From Candidatus Omnitrophota bacterium (GTDB lineage: Bacteria > Omnitrophota > Gorgyraeia > JAGLLT01), in assembly GCA_023140385.1 (NCBI GenBank), contig JAGLLT010000012.1, forward strand, positions 1 through 32,378: a stretch of DNA of 32,378 bases, written 5' to 3'. Shown piece by piece: positions 18,067 through 25,836 of the stretch. Under the pieces are notes generated by a model. That model ran no database searches. It saw nothing but the letters and a program-made list of their open reading frames with translations, and was not told the DNA's origin. Numbering within the stretch: the stretch's first letter is position 1; each line of letters starts with the position of its first letter. A program made the translations under genes and the position numbers.

Positions 18067-19920
18067 CTATTTAACTTTTCTGTTGTAAGATTTCACTAAA
18101 TCATCATGCGTAGAAATATCTTGTTTATACGATTCGAATAGTCTTTGGTATTCTGAATATACATTATTATATGATTCAAGCATTGTGTTGTACTTATTGA
18201 TTTTTTGGTTGTATTTATCGAACAATTTATCTTTTCCAAACGACGTTCTCTTGATTTGCAAATCAAGTGCGTCTATTTCTGATTCCAATGCCTTTAGTTT
18301 GACGCCACTAGATTTCAGCGTTGCTTCCAAATCAAACAATCTACTTTCCTTCTCCTTTACTGTTTCAGCTAAAGCCTCACTTCTTGACTTCAGTTGGTAC
18401 AGGCTTGGGCTAGAACTAGAAGATTTACTTTTATATGAAGAAGTGCTTTTTGAAGTGCCGCCATTCGATGAATCATCATTCAAATTAACCATAACGACAA
18501 TAAATCCAATTAATAATATCCATCCAATAACAGACTTCCAATTTGAACCTGATGATGACTTTTTAGATGGATTATAACCTGCGGAACTTGAGGTTGATTG
18601 AGTAGACGCCCCTTCGTCATTATATTTACTACTCAAACGCGCACTTTCCATATTGCTTTTTGCAATTTCTTCGTCCTTTGCAAATTTTTGTTTAATATAT
18701 TGCGAACTAGCATACTCAAGTGCCTTTGTTACCATTTCATAGGCCTTTTGATAACCCCATTCACGCTTCTTTGCGGATATTGCTTTGTCTGCTGCCAGCA
18801 TATTATTAAGAATAATGCCCATATCTCTAAGATTACTTGCTAGCCCATCTCGGGCCAAGCCATAATCTGATATGCAATTAAAATCCACGATATTACCTTC
18901 CGCAATTATTTTCGAAACATTTTCTTCAAACCTAGAATATATATCTATAATAGTGTTTATTGGCTTGTTTTCTATTTGCTCAAATTCAGCAACTTCTTTA
19001 GATGAATTTTGACAATGTCTATTAATTAAAGTAACATGCGAAGCTAGTATTTCATTAAACCCTTCCCTTAAATATTCATATGAAAATGAGGATCCATTCA
19101 ATAAGGCAGCGTGCTGTTTAGTTCTTTCATAATCCTTAGACACAAGTGACTGAGATAAAAATCTGAAGTTGGGATTAGCTATATCACCTAAAAAATTATC
19201 GCGTATTTCTTGGATCTTCCTCACGGATAATCTTGGGTCATTAATTCTCTCGGCCTTTTCTCTTGTTCTTTCCCAGAATAATTCATTCGATGCAAGCAAT
19301 GAAATTCTGTTAATGGCAAATCTCCAATTTGTCCAGTGAGTTTCCGATAAATTGACGTTTCTTTTTTTCGCCGATTCGCTTTCTATTCTTAATTTTTTTA
19401 ATCTATTGCCACACTGTATGCAAAACCTATAATCTTGTCCAAACTGCATATTACACGTTGGACAAACCTCTTTAGTGAATGCGTCTACCTTATATTTAAG
19501 GTTCATCTCTCTTCCTATCACGCTACTATGAGATAAAATCATCTGGTTAACTAAAGCTGATACTTTCTCTTTCTCTGGGACATCAGAAGCAATAGTAGAC
19601 TTCCATAATTCATAAGAAGATTGGCGATTCTTATTAAACAAACAATCAAGTGCTTTTCTGTCACCGTCTGTATCAATCCAAAACCAGAAAATTTCTTCTT
19701 TTAGCCTAGAAATGGGGTTTTCCAGTCTTTGCAATGCATTAATAACACTTTGCTCACTTCTATCAACTTTTCCCATCCAAGAAAAGTCAAACTTATATGA
19801 CACACCGATACCCAATGACTTTTTTACTTTTATCTCATTAACCCGCTGCATTATCTCTCCAATGGAAGCATCAGAGGTTAACCCTAGCACTCTAAAAGCG
19901 TTATTTTGATATCTATACAT
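18067..19920 (-). CDS. J-domain-like protein (no HPD) with zinc ribbon, helical region, single TM and C-terminal coiled coil
   Basis: NAFRVLGLTSDASIGEI (J helix I/II-like), ALQRLENPISRL (helix III/IV-like), CPTC-x10-CIQC, TM VIGWILLIGFIVVMV, Ser-rich linkers, heptad-rich tail. Confidence 0.6.
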   Translation of the reverse strand: MYRYQNNAFRVLGLTSDASIGEIMQRVNEIKVKKSLGIGVSYKFDFSWMGKVDRSEQSVINALQRLENPISRLKEEIFWFWIDTDGDRKALDCLFNKNRQSSYELWKSTIASDVPEKEKVSALVNQMILSHSSVIGREMNLKYKVDAFTKEVCPTCNMQFGQDYRFCIQCGNRLKKLRIESESAKKRNVNLSETHWTNWRFAINRISLLASNELFWERTREKAERINDPRLSVRKIQEIRDNFLGDIANPNFRFLSQSLVSKDYERTKQHAALLNGSSFSYEYLREGFNEILASHVTLINRHCQNSSKEVAEFEQIENKPINTIIDIYSRFEENVSKIIAEGNIVDFNCISDYGLARDGLASNLRDMGIILNNMLAADKAISAKKREWGYQKAYEMVTKALEYASSQYIKQKFAKDEEIAKSNMESARLSSKYNDEGASTQSTSSSAGYNPSKKSSSGSNWKSVIGWILLIGFIVVMVNLNDDSSNGGTSKSTSSYKSKSSSSSPSLYQLKSRSEALAETVKEKESRLFDLEATLKSSGVKLKALESEIDALDLQIKRTSFGKDKLFDKYNQKINKYNTMLESYNNVYSEYQRLFESYKQDISTHDDLVKSYNRKVK

Positions 19921-19946
19921 TCATTCTCCTGCGAAATATTTTAATA

Positions 19947-20144
19947 TTACTTAATTCTTGCTCTTGTTTCTTCATCGTGTTTGCGCTTTACATACTTATC
20001 AATTTCTTGTCTAGTTATCCTATAGCCACCGCGCCTACCTTCCTTATAAGCCTTTATTTTCCCAGCTCGAATAAGCGCGCGTAAGTATTCTTCACTAACT
20101 CGTAACAAATCAGCAACTTCTCTTGTTAAATATATTTCTTGCAC
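19947..20144 (-). CDS. Excisionase/BldC-like HTH (HTH_17) DNA-binding protein
   Basis: YLTREVADLLRVSEEYLRALIRAGKIKAYK...YRITRQEID; GGGAG RBS. Confidence 0.85.
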   Translation of the reverse strand: MQEIYLTREVADLLRVSEEYLRALIRAGKIKAYKEGRRGGYRITRQEIDKYVKRKHDEETRARIK

Positions 20145-20201
20145 TTCAAATCTCCCTTTTTAAAAAAGTATTTAAAATAACCATAAGCACAATTAAATAC
20201 C

Positions 20202-20230
20202 ATTATATGCAATCTAATACATTGTGTCAA
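20202..20230 (-). promoter_or_regulatory. Consensus sigma70 promoter for the HTH-J-GrpE-Hsp70-kinase-FHA operon
   Basis: Minus strand TTGACA-CAATGTATTAGATTGCA (17 bp)-TATAAT, a perfect consensus. Confidence 0.8.
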
Positions 20231-20353
20231 TTATTTTTTCAATCTTTTACTAGGAAAAAACAGACGCAAAGGGCGGTGTGCACATCTCAACGGAACATTA
20301 GGAGACATTCTCTGACTACCTATGCTCTATGGGCATGACTGTTGCATGGGTTT

Positions 20354-21922
20354 TCATTCTTCCATCCTATTCAATATACCCTTTACATACGCATAATGCT
20401 TTTTTGGATTAGAAGTGCTCTTTTTGGCCACAATAGCAAACGCCTTCTTCACTTGCTCTTCACCAAAGGATTCCATCATCATTATGATATCTTCTACCGT
20501 CTGCGAGTCATTCTCCTTAAAGACTATCTTTGCGTGCTCTCTTGCTCTATTTAAACTCTTTGAGCCATAGGCTAACTCTAACCTATCCCACTCTGCCTCC
20601 AGCCGCTCCGGGTCATATAATGGTAATAGCTTATAGGATTTGGCTAAAAGGGTTTTGTAGGAATTTCCTTTAGGGCTGTCATAGGATACGTCTATAAGAT
20701 TTTCTCTTCTTAGCTCCTGCATCCCTCTACCTATAACCCACTTGCTTACATTAAAACGTTCAGCTAAGACATCCCCTGAAGAAAACCACCAGGGATTAGC
20801 ATTGCTTATGCTTACATAGGCTAAGTTAATAAAATAGCAAAATTTCGCCCTCATAGAGAGCTTTCTGCTCCATCCGTATTCCCAAAAATTATCCGGCACC
20901 TGGAAATACCATTCCTTTGGCGTTTTATAAATCTCGTCAGGATTATCATAATTTAATAACGTAACAGTCGCGTCCTTGCCATATTCCGGTTCAAATCTTA
21001 TAATCTCATAGGTGTCTTCAAGTTTTCTCAGGCTTTTTATAATCTGTCTTCTATAGCCGGTTCTTGTCATTTTATCACTCAAGCCTAAATCATCGGCTAT
21101 TTTTTCATAATTTAATATTATTTTACCTTGAGAGTTCCCATCAAATTCCCTTAAAAGTAACAAATATATATTAAAAGCTCTTTCATCGCGCTTTGTTAAC
21201 ATCCGGCCGGCTAATTTGGGATTCTCCAAAAGTTCCCATGATACAGGAACACTGCCCTCTGATATTGGCATACGAACTTTTTCATCTATCTTAATCTTCT
21301 TAAAATACTCATAAAGCTCACTTGCTAATCCTTCTGACTTTATCAAGGTGTTAGTCTCTACGTTTTTGCTAAACGCGTTCTCGCTCCAGTTAGCACTGCC
21401 TATTATGACAATCTCCTTATCTATCACTATTGTCTTGGCATGGGTATATGTGGTGAGGTTATCGTAATAAACGTCTATGCCTCCCTCATTGAGCATTTTA
21501 AAGCACCAGGCATTCTTACCCTCAGCTATCCATTTACCTTTATCCCGACGGTTAACAAAATCTATATTTTGATCCAGAATAACCCTTACATCCACTCCCC
21601 GCTTGTGAGCCTTCACCAACTCATCAACTATTTTATATACTTTTGAGTTTTTATGATAAGGGTTTAAACTTACCTGAAACATCACCATATATATTGATTC
21701 TCCTGCCTGCTCTATCGCTTTCTTAACGGCCGGATAATACTTTTTTCCACTTATATCCAGAACACCCGCGGAATATGAATTTTTTATGGGGGTATTTTCA
21801 GATATTTGCGCTGTGGAAGGAGTTGTGGTATATAGAGAAATACTTGATATGAAAAGGATAGCTGTCAAAAACAGAGTAAATCGTATTTTCTTTAACTTAG
21901 CTATCAATCTGCTTTCAGCCAT
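20354..21922 (-). CDS. PLD-family (single HKD, Nuc-like) protein fused to winged-helix and DnaD-like domains
   Basis: HAKTIVIDKEIVIIGSANWS; N-terminal hydrophobic segment; two HTH-like segments; C-terminal YAYVKGILNRM. Start probably 21922 or 21928 rather than 22003. Confidence 0.7.
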   Translation of the reverse strand: MAESRLIAKLKKIRFTLFLTAILFISSISLYTTTPSTAQISENTPIKNSYSAGVLDISGKKYYPAVKKAIEQAGESIYMVMFQVSLNPYHKNSKVYKIVDELVKAHKRGVDVRVILDQNIDFVNRRDKGKWIAEGKNAWCFKMLNEGGIDVYYDNLTTYTHAKTIVIDKEIVIIGSANWSENAFSKNVETNTLIKSEGLASELYEYFKKIKIDEKVRMPISEGSVPVSWELLENPKLAGRMLTKRDERAFNIYLLLLREFDGNSQGKIILNYEKIADDLGLSDKMTRTGYRRQIIKSLRKLEDTYEIIRFEPEYGKDATVTLLNYDNPDEIYKTPKEWYFQVPDNFWEYGWSRKLSMRAKFCYFINLAYVSISNANPWWFSSGDVLAERFNVSKWVIGRGMQELRRENLIDVSYDSPKGNSYKTLLAKSYKLLPLYDPERLEAEWDRLELAYGSKSLNRAREHAKIVFKENDSQTVEDIIMMMESFGEEQVKKAFAIVAKKSTSNPKKHYAYVKGILNRMEE

Positions 21923-21941
21923 TACCATTCTCTCTAAAATT

Positions 21942-22856
21942 TTATTTCCATGGCCCGGGAGCTTTCCATTTTTCATTAAACCTAATACCTTTATTGATTG
22001 CAACTAACGGCTCAATAAGAAACTTGTCTATCTCTCTAACTGTTGTGCTCAACTTTTCCGGCGCATGTTTAATATCTCCCTTCTTTAAAAAAGCCTTCCA
22101 TAATGTTTGCCGGTCAGATTTCTCATTATAAATTTCTTCAGCAAATAATGGCTTACATTGCGGCAAAGAAGTTTTACGGTTTTTAAATGTTCTTTTTAAC
22201 GCCTCGGAAAGTCTTGTCCCATCAAAGTTAAACTGATGCATAATAAGCCAAACATCATAAAAATCTTTCATTCTGCTGTTTAAAAAACCAAGTTTTACCA
22301 TAGTCTCAAATTTCTCACTGACAACACTCTCCGCCGGATATCCTTTAAGCTTAGGTTTTGGAAAATCTAAAATAACAGGATATTCAATTATTTTTGGCTT
22401 TGGATAAATAGTATCTCCAAAACCTATATCAACCTGCATAGAAATACGAGAACGCTCAAGTAATCCCAAAAACTTAACTCGTACCCCTTCATAATCGGCA
22501 TCTTCTTTTATTCGTTGACCTTTAATGTTTTTACAATCAAAGATAAGCCCATCAGAAACCACATCGATTTTACAAATATCCTTTATCATTTTCTCAATAC
22601 TAGATACCTGATTATCATATTGCGCTGAAAAGTCTATATCAAGGGTTGTCCTTCGTTCAGGCACATGCCATGCAGTAAACATCAAAGCCCCCTTAAGGAT
22701 AAACTTATCCGCATATTTAGACTGACTCACACGATAAAGAAATCTCTCCATGCCGTAATATTGGAGAACTTCAGAAAATGGGCGATTCGTTTTTTTCGCT
22801 TTATTCTGAAGCTGAGCCTTAATGGAGGCTTCTATATTTTTAATATCTTTTTTCAT
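21942..22856 (-). CDS. abiEii: AbiEii-family nucleotidyltransferase toxin (type IV TA)
   Basis: MERFLYRVS, FILKGALM, RTTLDIDF, VDIGFGD, SEKFE, NSRMKDFYD. Confidence 0.92.
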   Translation of the reverse strand: MKKDIKNIEASIKAQLQNKAKKTNRPFSEVLQYYGMERFLYRVSQSKYADKFILKGALMFTAWHVPERRTTLDIDFSAQYDNQVSSIEKMIKDICKIDVVSDGLIFDCKNIKGQRIKEDADYEGVRVKFLGLLERSRISMQVDIGFGDTIYPKPKIIEYPVILDFPKPKLKGYPAESVVSEKFETMVKLGFLNSRMKDFYDVWLIMHQFNFDGTRLSEALKRTFKNRKTSLPQCKPLFAEEIYNEKSDRQTLWKAFLKKGDIKHAPEKLSTTVREIDKFLIEPLVAINKGIRFNEKWKAPGPWK

Positions 22857-23455
22857 ATCATTGTTTCCAGCATTGGTTTAATAATTTTATGTACACGGCA
22901 GATTTTAGCGTATTTCATTATATCGAGTGGTTTTATGCCCTTCTCGGTAACCGCTATCCTAAGCGCGTCCCTGGCAATATTTACACCTATTCTATTGCGA
23001 AACTTAAAACAATCAGCAATCGTTTTAGCAAGGCTGTAAACTCTAATTTCATGTCCTTCAGCTTGATGTACATCAACGCCAGCATTCCAAGTTTTAACTG
23101 AAAAACGATAAAATCGTACTGGTGGGTACTTAATTCTATTGGCACGAGTCCCCGCGGGGATTGCAATATCTACATACCCGGGTATCTCATTCGTTGCTTC
23201 ATGAAAAAAAAGGGCAGACACAAGACAAATAATCCCTCTTGGCGCCTGAAGAGACGCAATGACAAGATCAGGATATGGCCCAAACGTATAATGAGTCATC
23301 CGGTAAAGCCCCCTGGCAATCTTCTCTATTTTACCTTCTTTCTCAAGTGCTCTAAGCGTATCTGGATGAAACCCCGCTTTTATAATTGAAGAAAACCGTG
23401 CAATGCCGCCATTTTTTTTGAAATAGTTGAGTATTTTTTCTGTTTTTTGTTTCAT
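22853..23455 (-). CDS. abiEi: AbiEi-family antitoxin/transcriptional regulator (type IV TA)
   Basis: N-terminal wHTH (GKIEKIARGLYR), ICLVSALFFH, VYSLAKTIADCFKFR; stop overlaps the toxin start; GGAGAGG RBS before the ATG at 23455. Confidence 0.9.
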   Translation of the reverse strand: MKQKTEKILNYFKKNGGIARFSSIIKAGFHPDTLRALEKEGKIEKIARGLYRMTHYTFGPYPDLVIASLQAPRGIICLVSALFFHEATNEIPGYVDIAIPAGTRANRIKYPPVRFYRFSVKTWNAGVDVHQAEGHEIRVYSLAKTIADCFKFRNRIGVNIARDALRIAVTEKGIKPLDIMKYAKICRVHKIIKPMLETMI

Positions 23456-23463
23456 AACCTCTC

Positions 23464-23519
23464 CGTATAAATTGTCACTACTTGTTAACAAGTATATACG
23501 TTTTATACGAACATGTCAA
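23464..23519 (-). promoter_or_regulatory. abiE promoter with an overlapping inverted-repeat operator
   Basis: TTGACA-17 bp-TATACT; perfect palindrome TACTTGTTAACAAGTA (23479-23494) with symmetric outer arms CGTATAAA/TTTATACG. Confidence 0.75.
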
Positions 23520-23618
23520 CACTTTTTCTTACCTAAATAATATGGTTTGAAACAGTTTCATTTTGTCAATATATTATAGTCATTTAAGAATAATTATAAA
23601 CCCTAAATCTATACCATT

Positions 23619-23639
23619 GTCCCACCTCGTAGGTGGGAC
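23619..23639. repeat. Short GC-rich palindrome (REP-like hairpin)
   Basis: GTCCCACCT-CGT-AGGTGGGAC, a perfect 9-bp stem. Confidence 0.5.
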
Positions 23640-23648
23640 GCAGCGCGC

Positions 23649-23699
23649 AAAAAAAAAGGGAAGTTGCTCCGCATCGTATAGTACGGAATAACTTCCCTT
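23649..23699 (-). terminator. Intrinsic terminator downstream of tRNA-Glu
   Basis: Minus strand AAGGGAAGTT...AACTTCCCTT stem followed by a run of 9 T. Confidence 0.75.
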
Positions 23700-23750
23700 A
23701 ATTTATGTAACCCCTTGTGATCACTTAAGTCGCAAGAGTATCCGTAGTGA

Positions 23751-23827
23751 TGGTAGCCCCAACGGGATTCGAACCCGTGTTACCGGAATGAGAATCCGGC
23801 GTCCTGACCAGGCTAGACGATGGGGCC
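23751..23827 (-). tRNA. tRNA-Glu (anticodon CTC)
   Basis: GGCCCCATCGTCTAGCCTGGTCAGGACGCCGGATT-CTC-ATTCCGGTAACACGGGTTCGAATCCCGTTGGGGCTACCA folds as a cloverleaf with encoded CCA. Confidence 0.97.
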
Positions 23828-23837
23828 GCGTCACAAG

Positions 23838-23866
23838 ATATTATCATTACGCTAACTTCATGTCAA
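23838..23866 (-). promoter_or_regulatory. Putative tRNA-Glu promoter
   Basis: TTGACA-17 bp-TAATAT, ending about 10 bp upstream of the tRNA. Confidence 0.5.
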
Positions 23867-23902
23867 TCAAAAAGTAGCAATAACGTCTCAATCAACCCTT
23901 CC

Positions 23903-24208
23903 CTACATACCCATACCCGGAAGATTAAATCCTCCGAGAGACTCCTTCATCTTGCTCATCATTATCTTCTTTACTTCACTGGATGCTTCATTAATACAGG
24001 CCTTTAAATTGGCCTCAAGGAGCTCCTTATTCTCTTCCCGGAGGAGATCTCCGGCTATCTGAATATCTTTGATGTTATTTTCCCCGTCAAAGACCATCTT
24101 TATTTTGCCGCCCAACTTCTCAACCTCCACTTGCGCGTTTGCCAACTGCCCCTTTATCTCTTTGGCCTTTTTCTGCATTTCAAAAAGCTGTTTCATCTTA
24201 CCTAACAT
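23903..24208 (-). CDS. ybaB: YbaB/EbfC nucleoid-associated protein
   Basis: MQKKAKEIK...GGKIKMVFDGEN...LEANLKACINEA...GGFNLPGM family pattern. Confidence 0.85.
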   Translation of the reverse strand: MLGKMKQLFEMQKKAKEIKGQLANAQVEVEKLGGKIKMVFDGENNIKDIQIAGDLLREENKELLEANLKACINEASSEVKKIMMSKMKESLGGFNLPGMGM

Positions 24209-24222
24209 TTTAATCCTTTCTC

Positions 24223-24669
24223 TTAAATATCGTTTTCAGTAATAACCTTAATCTTATTCTTCATTAGCAAGGCGCAGGTAACGCCATTGCCCTCCTTCAG
24301 CTTTCCGCTAAAGGTTCCATCGTAAATCTGCCCCTTGCCGCAGGCGGTGCTTTTTGACTTTAATATAGCATTTTTTATCTTATACTTTTTAGCTATCTCC
24401 AATGCCTTTCTTGAGCCTTCAATAAAATTCTTGGTAACGTCAGCTCCCTCTTCATTGATAACCCCGGCCTTTTCTTCCAGGACATCCTCACCGGAACCAT
24501 CTATCATTTCAGAAGGCAGGCGCGGCGTCAAAAGGCCGCCGAGTTCTTCCGGGCAAACACATACAGCCTTGCCTTCTTCAAGCATCTTTTTTATTTTTTT
24601 ATTAACTTGATTTTTTCCGTTAAAGCGGCAATTTATACCCGCCAGACAGGCGCTTACCAGTATCTTCAT
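24223..24669 (-). CDS. DUF523 / 2-thiouracil desulfurase family protein
   Basis: ILVSACLAG.NCRFNG, VCPEELGGL.TPR, LKSKS.ACG, GNGVT; start at MKILVS (24669). Confidence 0.9.
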   Translation of the reverse strand: MKILVSACLAGINCRFNGKNQVNKKIKKMLEEGKAVCVCPEELGGLLTPRLPSEMIDGSGEDVLEEKAGVINEEGADVTKNFIEGSRKALEIAKKYKIKNAILKSKSTACGKGQIYDGTFSGKLKEGNGVTCALLMKNKIKVITENDI

Positions 24670-25187
24670 CTTATCTGCTTTCTGTAAACTTCTCTTATGG
24701 CATTTAGTGTTTCTCTGTACTCTTTTGTAGCATAGTCGGGATATGTCCACTCCCAACTGACAAACCCTCCCTCTTTATATCTCAGGGCGCACTCCGCGAA
24801 AATACCTTTCTTAAGATATATCCTCTGCTGTTGATTCTTGGTAGTTGCTAACACAAATTTACCCAGGCTCATATAGCCCGGGTCTATATTTATCCTTCTC
24901 TTATTATCTATCGCCAGCTTTCGCTCAAGGCTATTAGTATATATTTTGATGTCCGCTATTTTACCACGAGATATGAGCCTTTTGAAAGCATAAAATTTTC
25001 TTTTCAAATCAGAACCCATTTCACCGGCATAATAGCCTGTCCTGTTTATCGGCAGAAAGTTACTTTCCAGATCAACTTCACCCAACTTCTTCTTCAATAC
25101 AGCTATTGCTTTATCAAAAAACTCTTCCCGGTTAGAAAAAAGCGAGATAACAAGTTTTACCTTATCAGGCGAGTTGACAGTTCCCAA
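24666..25187 (-). CDS. DUF4416-family protein
   Basis: YYAGEMG, RRINIDPGY, VLATTKN, RIYL.KGIFAE, WTYPDY. Confidence 0.85.
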   Translation of the reverse strand: MGTVNSPDKVKLVISLFSNREEFFDKAIAVLKKKLGEVDLESNFLPINRTGYYAGEMGSDLKRKFYAFKRLISRGKIADIKIYTNSLERKLAIDNKRRINIDPGYMSLGKFVLATTKNQQQRIYLKKGIFAECALRYKEGGFVSWEWTYPDYATKEYRETLNAIREVYRKQIR

Positions 25188-25836
25188 TTGTAACTCCTTT
25201 TAGAGGACAAATTTCGCAGGCCGGCTTGACCTTGCATATATTCTTACCCAGACTCACTATCAGAGCATGGTACTCATTATAAAGCCTTACATCTTTCTTT
25301 AAGTTTTTATAGAAGATATTCTGAATCTCATCATAGCCGCTGCTTTTTTGAACAATCCCCAGACGGGAAAATACTCTTTTGGTATAGGCATCAACCACAA
25401 AAACCGGTTTCCCTCCGCCGTAAAGGAGAATTGAGTCCGCGGTCTCCTTGCCTATCCCGTTTACTGCAAGAAGTTTTTCTCTTAAAACCTCAGTCGAATC
25501 ATCAAACATCTTCTTTAAAGAACCACTATATTCACAAAAGATAAAATTAATTAGGTTTTTAAGGCGTTTGGCCTTGATATTATAGTAGCCGCTTGATCTG
25601 ATAAGCCCCGCGAGCCTCTTTATATTTATCAACTTCAGCGCTTTTAGGCTTAATGCCTTTTCTTTCTTTAGATTGACTATAGCTCGCTCAACATTCTGCC
25701 AGTTGGTATTTTGCGTAAGTACAGCGCCTACTATTATCTCCAAAGGACTGTCACCCGGCCACCAATGCTGAGATCCAAACTTTCTTAACAGCTCATCGTA
25801 GATACGGTTGATAGCTTTTTCCTTACTCAAGGCCAT
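25165..25836 (-). CDS. Endonuclease III-like HhH-GPD DNA glycosylase with a 4Fe-4S motif
   Basis: WWPG, GAVLTQNTNW, LLAVNGIGKETADSILLY, VVDAYT, C-terminal C..KPAC..CPL. Confidence 0.9.
   Translation of the reverse strand: MALSKEKAINRIYDELLRKFGSQHWWPGDSPLEIIVGAVLTQNTNWQNVERAIVNLKKEKALSLKALKLINIKRLAGLIRSSGYYNIKAKRLKNLINFIFCEYSGSLKKMFDDSTEVLREKLLAVNGIGKETADSILLYGGGKPVFVVDAYTKRVFSRLGIVQKSSGYDEIQNIFYKNLKKDVRLYNEYHALIVSLGKNICKVKPACEICPLKGVTIGNCQLA

Larger units (their letters stand above)
8084..23763 (-). mobile_element. tRNA-Glu-anchored genomic island, no integrase visible
   Basis: Flanking 14-bp tRNA 3' direct repeat, co-oriented accessory genes, AbiE TA pair, Xis-like HTH; sequence looks more AT-rich than the right flank (not computed). 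Confidence 0.7.

Noticed and set aside
15054..19920. Calling this the housekeeping dnaK-grpE-dnaJ operon
   Set aside because: No HPD or canonical DnaJ, no hrcA or CIRCE, the Hsp70 lacks the DnaK linker and is much longer, and the locus is in an island
19947..20144. Treating the Xis-like gene as evidence of a prophage
   Set aside because: No integrase, terminase, capsid or tail genes; it is the first gene of the chaperone-kinase operon and is more plausibly a regulator
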